DNA of 64,000 nt. It comes from Takakia lepidozioides. Taxonomy: Eukaryota > Plantae > Bryophyta. The stretch spans positions 32,178,001 to 32,242,000 of the forward strand of contig CM060731.1 of NCBI GenBank assembly GCA_030704615.1, written 5' to 3'. This document shows positions 1 through 13,112 of this stretch, piece by piece. Each line of letters starts with the position of its first letter. Within the stretch, counting starts at the first letter, position 1. A program made the position numbers and the translations under genes. The notes beneath the pieces are model-generated. The model made no database searches. It had not been told where the DNA came from and saw nothing but the letters and a program-made list of their open reading frames with translations.

Positions 1-518
1 AAGGGGGGGGGGAGGAACAAGAAACAAGAGAAGAAAACAAAAAGCAAAGTAAACAAAGTAGATTATCAGAAGCCCGACTGCCAGAAAGTGGACACTGAAG
101 GTAAGAGCCAACCCAGGGGCGCCTGTTTCCCTCCGTTCTCCTGCAATTCAACAACGAAATGATGAAATAGAGCGAAAACTTGCGCAGTTAGAAGCAAAGA
201 AGAATTCCAATAACACGGTCCTTAGTACGCCACTCAAGCAATTCAGCAGCGAAATGTAGAGCTAGAATGGAAACATGCGGGGACAATTGGGACTAGAAGT
301 GGACAAATCTTCAAGTCCCGTCCACAGTCAATCACAAAACAAAATCTGAAGAGGCCACTTGCGGAGATAAGGGAGAAGGGAAGTAATGAACATTCGCTTA
401 CAGCACGTCTTCATTATCGATTTCACATGATCCCTTCTTGTAAGTACTGTGTACAAGTAACAGGGCATCAACGGTCTTGACAGTAGAAATACTGAAGAGA
501 CTCTGTCGCCGGCTTGCA

Positions 519-732
519 GGTCTACATCGACATGGTAAAGGAGAAAGTGGCGGATATCGCCAATGGCATCAAGAAGGATTACTCGCAGTTAGCGCTGCGT
601 GTTGCATTTGCACTTTATCGAGACTATGGAGACCGTGCCCAAGATGACGCTGATACCTGCAACTTCACAAGCAGCTTCGAGGATCGAGAAAGTGTCTTCG
701 TCAGAGCTGTTACAAGAGTGCAGACAGGTGGT
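519..732 (+). pseudogene. VWA-domain exon fragment (vwkA/alpha-kinase-associated VWA type)
   Basis: After the acceptor-like cttgcag, it reads VYIDMVKEKVADIANGIKKDYSQLALRVAFALYRDYGDRAQDD...NFTSS...VQTGG, matching the 'YI..vK..i..i....vr.a.v.YRD...dFTs...GGGD' VWA pattern. No other exons recognised. Confidence 0.55.
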
Positions 733-3700
733 CGATTCGTCCATCGCATACCGTTTCCGTTTTCCCTCATTTTGCAACTAACTTTTCTATGGTCTCGTCA
801 GAAGGTCCTACATTTCAAGTGAAGGCATAGCTCGTGATCTCGATCTGCTACAATTTGATCCATGTGCATTACTTCGCAGTACTTGCAAATATTTGGCTAA
901 TGTCTTGATTCCGTGCCACCAGATTTGTGTTATGATTATGGCCTGTTTGCTTTAGTTCTGGTTGAAAATGAAGAGTTGAAGGGCGACTGCAGGTGGGGTC
1001 ATCAGCAACAAAGGTTAAGACTATTTGGTTGGTTCTCTTCTGTAGAAGAGAGACTATGTATCATGTTGAAGTTAATGGAGAAAATGTGGTCAAAAAATCT
1101 TACACAGTGTCAAGGCTCATATGGGTGTGTTGTACTGAGTCATGCCCCTTGGAGTCACCACCCCTTATGTTTTGCCAAAGCAAGGGAGCCCATTGCATTT
1201 GAGGCTAGTTTTATCTGAATACTTTGGGCTTTGCCATCTTTAGGTGGCATCTACTTCCACTGGTGAAATGGGTTAGACTTGGTTTCAAGCCCATTGGTAG
1301 TTTATGGCGCAAGGTCCTAGGCCTCAAAATGAATGAAGTCAAATTGTTCTTAACAAGGGTGACATGTCCTAAACTAGTGAGGACCATGATAACATTGCTA
1401 TGTGGGATGTGTAAATAGTGTAAACCTTTTCTATCAAACCTTTGCTGTGATGTCCTCTCCCATTCTTCATAACTGGACCTTGATCGATGCTCTCTGTGCT
1501 GGCTTCAGTGGCACTGGCTGTGAATTTTTGAGCCCTCCTTCCTCCCCTTCTACCTCTGTCACATCACCTTCCTGTACCTCTCCAACCCTGTCCGCTGTCA
1601 TCTCTTCATTTCTCACTGTCAATTCCGTCGCCCCTCCCCAGAGTCACTTCTGCTAGCCAGCTTGCTGTTCTCAAAATCCCTATCTACAGCTATGTCGCCC
1701 TACTAACGATCCTGAGAGAACAAAAAGAGGTCCAATTCTTTTTTCTTTGCAGGAGCCAGAGCGCCCCCAAGAACCATGGGTCACATGAAGTGTAAATTGT
1801 GCCAACATATGTATTTGGTACTTATGACTACCAAGGGATAATCATACAGCCTCTGTCTGTCTGTCTCTGTCCAGAAAGAGCGCAAGATCCATTGTCTAGA
1901 AGGCTATGGCAAGGGAAGTCATGAGTAGCATCATCCTCCTCCAGTCCTTTTACCTGTTGGAGATGGAACTTTGGACAGTCATAACCTCTCTTGTCCTTCT
2001 CTCTACATCACATCTTTACATGCATGTTTCTAGGCAGGTATATCTTTGCAAACAAATGAGAAACACAACATGCACTATACAGTTTATTTTGATCCTCACT
2101 ATTGAGGAAGGCTGGAGTCCTCTGCACTATGATACAAAAGGTAACAGGCATACAGTAAGACCTGTGTTGAGATTCCCAAAAAACCTTCAGCATGACCTCG
2201 CTGAGTCTATGCACTCAGGAAGTTATAGGATGATGACATAGAAGTCACTTCTGCAAGCTGGTACTAGATCCCCTCAGAATTGGATAACAATCTTCATCCA
2301 GAACGGGGGCCTGAGTTCCACAATGACCTTGTTCATAAGGCCCGTTAAACCCTGCATGGTTGTGGCCTGAAAACTAATGATTTTCAACCATACTAGCTTT
2401 AATCTTTCAACTGGGTGACATTGGATGTAAGACACAAAAATGATTATTTTTGGTCTGCAAGCTCCTCGTCCCCCTCCACAATATAAGGGCTGTTTTCATC
2501 CATTGTCTGGAAAAAATCGTAGTCCGGGCGAGGTTCTTGAATGTCATCCTCTGAGTCGTCAATGGCATGGCTGTCCACTTTGAACTTTTCAATTTGGTCC
2601 ACATAGTTCTCTGCAGCACAGAGTTTCAGAATCAGGATCTTTGCATGTAGTCTGAACATTGTTTCCCTATGAACTTAGGATATGCTAACAGCAAACCCAG
2701 ATAAGTGTGCTTTTGGAAACAAGGCAGTTCCAGAGACAGCCAAAAATAACATTATGTACTGTGTTACGACTTCATCCAAATATCACTCAATGCCATGGAT
2801 TTAAATTCCAGTGACTCCACCTGAAGTGCTTCCATGCATGGCATTCTCTCATCAACCAGCCCAAACGGGCATGCACACACATGAGAAATGGACACACCGA
2901 TGATCTACTCAGAAGCAAAAGCCAAGAACTCGAAGTACTCACAGTTGATGAAATTGAAAAACCTCTTGTGAAGCAGAGATTCTCAAAGAAATTGTTAAAC
3001 CTAAAGGCAGGTCATGTGGCAGAAGCAAAATCCAGGACTAGGGAATACCAAGAGACAGCAGGACCCGTCCTCCACGGAGCATCGTTGTCAAATAATTTCG
3101 TTCTATTGCACTTAGCCTCACAGCTTCACCTGCTCACAAAGTCACACAAACCAACCACCGACCAGTTGAGGGCAAACCGTCAGCACACCAAATGACTATA
3201 ATTCTGTAAGACCCTACAAGACATTTCCCTTAGACGTGGAAGCTGGAACCTCTTAGTTTCAACTTCTGCAGAAGCCGGACTTCAGGTATGGATCTAGCTA
3301 TGGATGTGCTCTGAAACTCCTTTCCAAGGTTTTCATATGGACTAACTCCATGCCGTGACAAAGTTGTGCCCCCTTCAGCATGATGCCATAGACTGGGTGT
3401 TCCTCCCGGGAGAGCTCTCCTCAGGGCTGGGTGTTCCTCCTCCCATGATGTGAGGATCTCAGTGCCACCAAGACCAGCTATCCGGGACTTTCCTGCCTAC
3501 ATTTCCATCATTTTCTCTTTCGCCAGCGTTTCATGTGGCAACGAGAGATGTGAAGTCTTTTGATAGATTAAGATCAAAAGACTAAGATGTGGACCTCCAG
3601 GGCTAATCTACATGTGAGATTATTAACAGATTTTGGTACAATGGGTTCCAAAAAAATTCAGCCCGGCACAATGCTCCTTCCTAGTCGTGGCGAAATCCAA

Positions 3701-4029
3701 AACGTGGCCTCTCCGCAACTGTTGAGAATAGCCCTACATACATGTCACAGGTACCCACTTTTGCACTCTGGCGATTGTCTCAATGGAGGCTTTCATTCCA
3801 CCTTCTGAGGTGCAATTTTGTGCTGCATATGGTGTCTACAAATTAAATGTCCAAGTTTTCAATTCCAATTTGAAGGTCCCGAATCTGAGATCAAAATGCC
3901 CCCTGAGCAAGTAAGTTACAGCTCGAAACCAAATGACTTCTTTTATTTAGTTCCAGGCACTGACTAACGGAAGTGGAACAAAACACTTACCTTTCATTTC
4001 CACAGCAACCATACGACCATAGCCGGATG

Positions 4030-4107
4030 GACAATAAGAACTTGATATAGGACAGGAGAAGACATGGGCTGGACAAAGAGAACTTGATATAGGATAGGAG
4101 AAGACAC
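4030..4107. repeat. Two-copy direct repeat (~37 bp unit)
   Basis: gacaataagaacttgatataggacaggagaagaca / gacaaagagaacttgatataggataggagaagaca. Confidence 0.8.
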
Positions 4108-6672
4108 GGACACGACCGCCTCCCGTGGTCTATATAGAGAGAGAAACCGAAAAACTTACCACTGGGCACTTGAGCCTGTAACAGGAGAAGCAAGAGCAAC
4201 GTAAAGATCATCAAAGCCCATGGTCGCGCTCCCACAAACCACGTCGTCCCTCCATGTCTGACCTTCCTCGTTTGGGCCATCTTTTCTCACCTTCGCCTCA
4301 CCGTCCCCACACCCCGCCTCAACTATCCCACCACGGCCAACACACTACAGAACCAAAGTCCTCTCCTCTCCGCAACCATCCAACAAGCAAGAAGTCACCC
4401 TCTCTCACAGCACACTGCAAAACAATCTTCACAGCACAATGCAATCCCCAGCAAAATTGCTCACCACAATCCAATTCCCTCTTCCTCCTCTTCCTCTGAT
4501 CTCTGCAAAAGCCCAGACCTTGCAACAATCGTTTGCGAGCGCATTGCTCCACAGTCGGCCATACAAGCAGCCTATATTGTGTGCGCAGACGAAGACGAAG
4601 CTGCGCAGGGCTCCTTCCCTCCCACGCATCTGCAGCACGCCACGTTGGTCCCTCGGGCACGTAACGGTGCCGCTCAAAAAAACTCTCTCGTACTTGTACC
4701 CTATATTTGACTGTCTGTATACCACCACCGCTCTCTATTTTCCTTCATTTTTCTAAAATATCCTTCATCCATATATATATATATTTGTTTTTTGGAGAAC
4801 AGGGGACATATTATTATTATCATTATTGTATATTCTTAGTATCTGGGCAGTCCGTCCGAGGAAGTTTTTTTTTTTTTTTTCGGAGTACAAGATTAATATC
4901 GACATTGTCCAATTTTACTATTTTTTCCTTTTTTAAAGGAAGAATGGTGGGTTGGTCACAGCGAGTATTTCTGGAAATTTGGAAAATAGCACGAGTGGTT
5001 ACTGAGTTTTGCAAGAAATAGCCATATATTCTGTTCATCCATTGAAATTTGGATAGAAGCATCCTCCTCTCTACTTTCATCCATTTATATCATCTATATT
5101 TGGCAAATTCATCTATAATATATTTTTTACTTGGGCGATTTCATCCATGAAAAAACAGGGAATTTATGATAGAATATTCTATGTTATTCTTTGAGGTCGA
5201 AATTTGGCGATTATTCGCCACTAAAAAGAATGGTGGTTAGTCAATTTAGGTGAGGGGTGCGATGGCGGCCGGTCATCCATCGACTCGCACTGGGTACCGG
5301 ACATAACCGGGGGCACAGGGATGAAAAACGAATGGATATGTGCTCCTCACGGATGGAAAAAAGGAGCTCATCCATAATGAAGAATGAGTAACCAGGTTTA
5401 TGGCCACTACAGTTTCCTTCGCAGAAGGAAAAATACCCTCCCAATTACAAAAAAAAGCCCTGGTAAGAGAGACGAAAAAGACCAGAGAGTTTTTCACTCA
5501 ACACTAAATGGGTCATTAGTTATTACATATCAGTTGTAATATATATATATATTTAAGGGGACGGAATATTTATATATATTCACTTGATTCTGAACTCGTT
5601 AGTAGTAATAAGTTGAGTATTTGAGAATCCAGCATACATAACTACGCTCCGTTATCCGAAGCTTCAACCGTTCATATTTCATTCATTCTCTGTTCTTAAT
5701 GGGGGTCAGACAAACCGGCCGTAGCCGGTTTCCGGGCAGAACAGGTTGGCCTGCAAGTAGGGAAACCGGACGGACCGGTGGGTGACGGTGATGTGGCACG
5801 ACGCGAGAGCAACAACGTGAGCACGTCGGATGTCATTTTCCGTTGTGCGTTCGCGTTCCTGACGGCGCGGCAGCTACCGGCACCGGGTCCTGTCGGACGT
5901 CTCCCGACATTGCCTGCCCCTGCCAACGGCTAGGTACACTGCCTGTACTATCTGTGGCCGCAGCCGCCACTCTAGGTAGTTCTGACGGATGGAAGTAGTC
6001 CGTCATCCAATGTTCGATTACTTCATCCATCCCAAAAATGATGACCAGTTGACCGTTAGGAACTTGGGACATGAGTCACGAGCAGGAGAAAATAATGTGG
6101 AAAACTTCAAATATAATTGAAATATGGCCCACCAGGAATATACTGTCCTTTTGTATAGGACAACATTTCTTTATCTTTCTACATTTCCTTTTTTTTTTCC
6201 CCCTTACCTAGGTACCGGTAGTACAATTTTAAAAGATACGTGTTTAAGAGATAAAGATAATGTCGAGGAGCGCATTCCGTTACGTGGAAGATGCTGACGA
6301 TGGGAGGGGTACCTGGGGATCGTGGAATGGCCTGCAGGGGTCCGACTTGCGGTATTCCACGTTATCATTGACCTAAAAATGAACTAGGAATTTTGGAGGT
6401 GCTTTGGGTGTGTGAAAGGGATATGCATGGTTTACTTGGGTGGGGTGGGGTGGGCACTACCTACTAGTCGAGGGGGTACATGATTGTGGCCCATGACATG
6501 TATTATTGAGCATGGATCGCGATGGACCTTTAAAGGTTCGTCTCTCCATCTTTGCACGGACGAGAAAGAAAATACGTACTTTTATTTGGATATTCTTCAT
6601 ATTGTGAAAATACGATGGTGGCAGGGAACTTTGCTCTGCAATAGATAGAATTGTTGCAAAAATACATGTCTA

Positions 6673-7280
6673 TTTTTTTTTTTTTTATAGAACAGGGGAA
6701 ACTGGAAACTTTATTTGAAACTTATTGAAGGGAAAAAGATTAAAACTCTTGTATGCCATAAGGCATACTCACGGTAGACCGTGCTGGATAACCAACGAAC
6801 TATGACCATAATGCTGAACGGAATGACGCCCCTGAACCTAAATTGGACCATTACCGGGCTTTGACCCAATCGTGAGGTGAAACGGACCCAGTAACCCTTC
6901 CGAAGGGCTTAGAAGGTCTATTTCTGAAACACCAGGAATGATCGCTCACAAATCAGGCCTCTTAATTACAGTGAGAGGAGCACTAGTGTAGGTAGCCAAG
7001 TGGTTCCGAGTTTGTGCCTTGCCTATGGACAACCAAGGTGATATAGGGACAAAGTGTCCACCTTCCAACAGAAGGCAGTAGTGAGTACTCTTTGGGGATG
7101 AAGAAATACCATAAAGACCTTCCTTCTTCCGGAGGCATCGTCCTTTTCTGTTTAGGATGAAATAACCCCTTTTAAAGTAACCTCGTCGTGAGGCGTCGAG
7201 CACAAGGCTCATGGGACACCTATGTGGCTTTAAACCCACGACCACTTGTAGCCTTGTGGTCTAACCATTGGGCCATCTGT
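6673..7280 (-). mobile_element. Putative tRNA-derived SINE
   Basis: Minus-strand Pol III A-box TGGCCCAATGG (7265-7275) and B-box-like GGTTTAAAGCC (7226-7236), hairpin-rich body, A-rich tail (T-run from ~6673). No TSD established. Confidence 0.45.
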
Positions 7281-7677
7281 TGGATGCTTCAGGGATTACC
7301 ATAAGAATCGGTGCATCGTGACATTGTAAGTTATATTCTATAGTCATAGTTGATTTATCCATGCAAACCCAATTCATATTGCACACACACGGTCTTTTTT
7401 TACTCGCATACTACCACACATGACTTGCCCGAATCTAGACATACGACATATTTGTGAGTGGAAGTTATAGTCACATATGGAGCCTATAAGCATACCGCTA
7501 TTTGCTTGCTCACACCAAAATCCACATAAAAAATGGGACTCAATCCCCAATACTCAACCACAAATTATCAAACTACTTCTCGGTCTCCAAAGCTGCAACG
7601 GACGCCCAAATTTGTCAAACCCTCAAATTCAGACATGCGAAATTTATCGGTAATTAGCACAAAGTTGAATTTCAAAC

Positions 7678-8509
7678 CAGTGTTGGACTGGTATACCTGG
7701 TTGGACCTAGGTATGGAATACAGGTATGAATATATATATTGAAGAACATACCAGTCGGGTATGAACGAACCAGTGTACCAATGTCATACACGTACTGGGG
7801 GGAGTATGTCTTTAGGATTCCCCCCCCCCCCCCGCAACATACCATACCAGTCTGGGTATGTGCAAGTGCAGCGTGGTCACGATACCAGTATTGCAGCAAC
7901 TTTATGGTGGACAGAGCTGGGTATCAATATGGCGATGGCGTTAGATTTTTGTGCCTATGCTGCAGTAGGGTGCGGCTCCTTCAATGAGCAAAGTAGTGGC
8001 TGCGGATTGCAGCAATATTCTAGTCTTTGGCCTTGCAGCAAACAATCTGCCTTCATGAAGGCTCTTAGGGACGTACGTGCTATGTGTATGCAATCTCGAC
8101 AAGTGATTTTCTTCTTCTGGGGCCGGCTTCTTCTAACCTTTGCCTGATCTGAGCACTTCCCTTTGGAGACGAGGACCCTCTTGATGCTGAAGTGGTGCAC
8201 TTCAGGAGCTGAGGTGCGCACTTCAGCTTTAACAAAAAATAAAAAAAAATAAAAAAATGGATATGGATGATATTAATGTGGATGAAATACCATACCAGTG
8301 CTCATATACCCTCAGTATAAAAAGAAAACAAAAAACGATACCAATACCATACTCATATATAGCCCAAAATATAAAAATTCATACCCTATTCATACCCAGG
8401 TTGCTCATGTCTGTATAAATACTTATACCAGCCTGGTATGAAAAAAGGGTGGGACCCTTGATACCAGGACCAGTCTGGTATTAAAATTAGACACACCAGT
8501 CCAACACTC
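7678..8509. mobile_element. hAT-like non-autonomous element (MITE) 1
   Basis: TIRs CAGTGTTGGACTGGT ... ACCAGTCCAACACT(c); many subterminal ATACC/GGTAT motifs. Confidence 0.7.
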
Positions 8510-8513
8510 GTTC

Positions 8514-9133
8514 CAGTGTTGGACCGGTATATGGGGGCGAGGCGGGTATCAGCACGGGTAAGGGTATCAGAGCAGGGTACCAGAGTAGGCGGGAATAAGC
8601 AACCGGCAGTACCCCGGGCAGAACATATTGGGGGGAGTATAGCAAAATCCTAATACCTGGGCTCCTACCAGACCAGCCTGGTATTGCAAAGAACGCAGCT
8701 TTGTCGAGACCAGTACTCCCTCTTCCGCTGTCGCTTGCACCCTAGGTATCAATATGTAGAGCAGTGGGATTAGGGTGCAGCAATCGAGAGTTACGGCTCT
8801 TTGATTGAGGCGATCTAATGGCGATTTAAGATCAGTAAGTGCTTGGGTTTCTCATGTGGTCAAATTGTTAGGTGCTATGGTTTTCAAGCCTTTTCTGTTG
8901 ATTCTGGCTGTATGTATTGATACCAGTCTTAATACACCCCCAATATAAGTTTTGAAAATTGCAATACTGATACCATACCACACCGGGAAAATTAAACAAT
9001 ATACATACAGACTGGTACATTAAAAAGTTGACATCTACTTTGATACCATTACTTGTCACGTATGAAGGAGGCCTCTTTACCAACGATACCAGACCTTGGC
9101 TGGTATGAAGTGTATGATACCGGTCCAACACTG
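8514..9133. mobile_element. hAT-like non-autonomous element (MITE) 2
   Basis: TIRs CAGTGTTGGACCGGTAT ... ATACCGGTCCAACACTG. Outer flanks of the MITE pair are tttcaaac (7670-7677) and gttcaaac (9134-9141). Confidence 0.75.
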
Positions 9134-9509
9134 GTTCAAACACTTTTTTTGGCCACAAATCTACCCATCTCCATATTCTCCCATATGGACACTCTCCCAT
9201 ATGGACACATTCTGTGCTAGCGCAAGACTCATGGCTCCACTTTCTATTAAGCCATTGCACACACCTCATTAGGGTAAATAGATTTCAAATTACCCGACAC
9301 AACCAAATAGTATGAAAAAATTGTAAATAGCTACTGCAACACATAGAAAGCCATTGATTCTCATTCATCCAAGTCCATGCCTTTTTTTTTAAATAAAAAA
9401 TAAAAGGGGATGAAGCCCTGAAAATCATATTAAAATCTAGGAAGTCCCGGAAAAAAAACCAGGACAGGAGGCCATAAGGCTTACATCTGTGAAAGATCGG
9501 GTAATACCC

Positions 9510-9975
9510 GATGCCCTTGCATTTGGCATAAATGTCTAACAAGGAGGTGTTTAGAATAAGATGTGGTACAATTCTTGCTCCGATGATTCACAATGGACCT
9601 CTTTGCCTTTTTCTTTAGTTGTAAAGCTCGTACATGCATTGCAAATACAAATGAATGTGACATGGTTGAGTTTCACCTTTTCCCGCATCATTTGCTCATA
9701 GGTCTCCAAAGGCTGTTGTGCATATCCTACAATCACAGTACTCTATGAAATCACATTTTGCTTAGTCAGATTGTCAAACACTCTCTTTGCAAGCTCCCAC
9801 ATTTGGCATATATGTTCAAAATGACATGATCCAATATACAATTCCCACTTTGATGATTGGTACCATGGACGTCTTTGTCCTTTTTCAGGGCTGCCAGACT
9901 CATACATGCATTGCAAATGGGAAAAAACGTGACGTGGTTGGGCTTCACTCCTTCCACATCGTTTGCTCATTCGTC
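9510..9975 (-). pseudogene. PLS-class PPR protein pseudogene fragment
   Basis: EGVKPNHVTF..ICNAC.SLAAL..KDVH...LNIYAKCGSL, AKRVFDNLTKQNVIS*, IVGYAQQ..ETYEQM, LLDIYAKC, spread over several frames with stops. Confidence 0.85.
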
Positions 9976-10824
9976 TCTAAAGTCTACATGAATTCTAGAC
10001 AACAGAATGGCTTCAATTTGTTCGAAGTATATACTGAGAGTCTTCTAGTCTCCCAAAACTAAATCAAAAGCCGTAGAATAGCAACCCCCGACCCAACAAA
10101 TTAGTACAGGCAGATCAACATCAACAAGTGGACAATTTGTCTATAACAACTTGAATATATTATGGTTGGTCATTATCGCTTATTAAATTAATTGATCAGT
10201 TTATTCTTAGTACACAATGGTACTTATTATTTAATATTATTTTCACTATAAATTGTTTGTTTGTTTGTTTGGTTTTTTTTTAAACAAAGGACAGAGACAT
10301 TGGAAATATGTCAAAGACATTTAATTTTCTTCATACTTTACTAAAGGGAGGGAAAAATATTAGATTTTATAACACACTACACATCTAGAATAAGTTTGAT
10401 ACTATATAGACGTGAATATGATCCATCAACGTCGATCTGATAAAACAAATCATATAGTTTCCTATCGGCATGGACTTGTACTTCATGACATGTATAGTAG
10501 GTGTATGTTGGATATGGCCACCCTAGCTATAAAAATGGGTTACCTGGGTGAACCCGTTACTACTGTGTGGATACATGGGGACTTTCAAGTCGTTAGGGGA
10601 GGGTCGTTGTAAGGTGTCCACTTTCCATACATAAGGCACTCACTGTTGAGCATGCTCGCACAGGGGAGAAAATGAATATAGTGTTGTTCACAACTATCGG
10701 GTTATGAATTTTGGACATGATATGAACCATAGATCAATCATATGGCACTTCATAATTGGTGAGTTATTAAAGAATAGAAATTGAAACAATGCAACATTAC
10801 GAAATTAAATTCCAAATTTGCATG

Positions 10825-11027
10825 CGGAACTCTTTCATGTGGTTTTTTAACACATGGGAATCTCATGCAAAGATTCTGTTACTACTGAAGCTCATCATCA
10901 TCCCATGATACAAAGAATTCAAAGCTATCTAAGTTTATGAATGAGTTTGAACTTTTGTACCGGAAACTCTTGCATGTAACTTTTTTTATGAAAGGGAATC
11001 TCATGCAAAGAAGTCACTATTGAAGCT
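10825..11027. repeat. Imperfect ~65 bp direct repeat pair
   Basis: cgga(a)actctt.catgt...gggaatctcatgcaaaga....acta.tgaagct at ~10825-10891 and ~10961-11027. Confidence 0.7.
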
Positions 11028-11675
11028 ACTTGATCTTGTTGTTTCTACGTGTTAAGAAATATTTTGAAAGTGATTTAGATTCATAGTATTGGATTTCTTT
11101 TGCTATGTGAGCACAGTTTTTGATGGTTTCACAATTTTTCTCGCATGAGCATATTTTCGTTTTGATATAGTATATTCTTTGGATGTTCAGATAATGTGTA
11201 GAAATATTCCCATTTTGCTCGCGTACGTTCAAAAGGCAACCTCTTGGCAGAGTAGGGTATGAATGATCACAACATTTTTTGTTAGTTTGCATCAAACACA
11301 ACAAGAAAATGCATGTTTTGTCACAAAGTCTAGAATGATCCAAAAAATAGCCAAAGCGTCCAAATCCACTTGTTACTCAAACTCAAATTGAGTGACTAAG
11401 ACAAGTGATTTAAGACATGTTATCTCACTATTTTCTCTATATACTTGCCGCATAGTTTTATAAAAAGACCCAATAAATCAAACTATTATAGTATCACCTA
11501 CTCCCTGAAGAAGGTCAAACAATACGAAAGAGGATGGGTATAAAATTGCAGTGAGGTGAGATGAAGCTGCCCCCAGCAACCTCTGTTCAACGTTAAATAA
11601 ATAGAGCTTGAGCCTTTTGTAAAGCAACAGAAACATAGTGTCTAAAGAAAGCTATAAGAACAAAAACATGTAATG

Positions 11676-11933
11676 TCTCTTGCTTCGTAATGAGGTACTT
11701 CTCCAGCTCTTATTTTTCCAATGTTGATGTTCTCCATCTGGAACAAATCCACACATGTCTATAGAAATACTTAAAAAACCAAATGACCATCAAAACTTAG
11801 GCTTGTAAAAGTCGCGATAGTCATTTGGTTATTTAAGGAGGCCGGGTCACATGTGTGGATCTGTTCCAGGTGGAGAACATTGACAGATTGGATAAAGTAG
11901 ACATGGAGAAGCACCGCATTACGAAGTAGGAGA
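11676..11933. repeat. Long imperfect inverted repeat (fold-back)
   Basis: Arm cttcgtaatg..ttctcca..tgttctccatctggaacaaatccacacatgt..aaccaaatgac pairs with gtcatttggtt..acatgtgtggatctgttccaggtggagaaca..tggagaag..cattacgaag. Confidence 0.8.
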
Positions 11934-11989
11934 TACTACAAAAAGAGCTTCAAGGCTACAAACAAATATTTTCCGCTGCGCGATGGGCA

Positions 11990-12545
11990 CATATACAAAG
12001 AAAGTCGTTGAATTGATGATGCAGACAACTGCCAAAGGGAGGAATGTGTCGATGGGGTGACGTTCATACTCCTTTCCTTGTGCAGCTACTAAGGCAACAA
12101 CTCCTTGTGATGAGGGTGTGCGTGGGAGGAGATCTGAGAATCAGCCATGACAACGTCCGCCAATGTATGTAGCCCGTTGTGAAAGAGGACAATGTCAACC
12201 TGTCGTCGAATGGAATGGTGATCGTGGGATAGGAGTACGTGCATTTGCTCTTGAAGGGTATGAACCTCGACATCGCGAGCAACCGCAGTTGTTGCATCTC
12301 AAATGCTGTCATGAGTCGCAGTGCGTTTTCCACCGCAAGGGCAACAAAGAAGATGTACGCTGAGTGAGTCGATAGGATGGTGACAAACACAACATTGTAG
12401 TCTTAATAGAGAGGGATGTGGAAGACCAAGTCTCACTCGAAGGGAGGTGGTAAATACAGCAGAGGATATACGAAAGGGTGCAATGGTTGGTCGTACCGTG
12501 AGGCACGTGCTTGCTCCTAGCCAGCGCAAAGACTATATTCTTATT
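11990..12545 (-). mobile_element. RLE-type (CRE/R2-like) non-LTR retrotransposon, 3' fragment
   Basis: GASTCLTVRPT..PFRISSAVFTTSLRVRLGL, CCHC-type knuckle (CVCHHPID...HLLCC), THD, then RQVDIV...LADVV (PD-(D/E)xK-like); interrupted by stops. Confidence 0.75.
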
Positions 12546-12796
12546 CATCTCTCAATTTGTATTCCTCTAAATGCTCACCCAACCACCTCTTTAGACTTCA
12601 TAAGGTACCCGCCTACATGGCCAAGGATCTTACGTAGTTGTAAGATTAGTACTTTCCCTTTAAAAGAATCTTTCCATCGACCATTTTTTTTGGGAATCCG
12701 GAAAGAAATTCCTTAAATTTCTTTACATTAGAACCCTCCCCCTCTACGCATTAAACGTTCATAGGAAGCAACTTTTGCCGCTTTTTAGGTATCTTA

Positions 12797-13112
12797 CCGT
12801 ACTTACCTAGCTTATTAGGCGCTTCCGCGCCTAATAATTAATAAAAATAGAATATTATTAGGCAGATTCGTTTTTATTATTTAGGCACCTCACCTAGGTA
12901 ATTTCCAAACATTAGGCATGTATTACAGTCGACCCTATTGTTGAGGTAATTTTCTTTAGAAAAAACATAATGGTTTTGAAAATAGATTCCAGCAATTAGG
13001 CACTTCTCAGCACATTTTTCTAAGTTTTAGGCATATTTTTCAAAACTGTTCTAAATTTAATTATGCACTTGATTTTGAATTAATTATTGCCTAATAAGCT
13101 AGGTAAGTACGG
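12797..13112. mobile_element. Tc1/mariner (pogo-like) MITE
   Basis: Perfect 24 bp TIR CCGTACTTACCTAGCTTATTAGGC / GCCTAATAAGCTAGGTAAGTACGG with TA on both sides; AT-rich interior. Confidence 0.85.

Noticed and set aside
1-450. Possible LINE 3' end on the minus strand
   Set aside because: Only a frameshifted C..C/EDL...CP hint and a low-complexity tail; too weak to call
1900-6100. Short ORFs (2444-2659 acidic, 4319-4728, 5833-6072) as genes or a transposon
   Set aside because: No recognisable motifs, termini or splice structure
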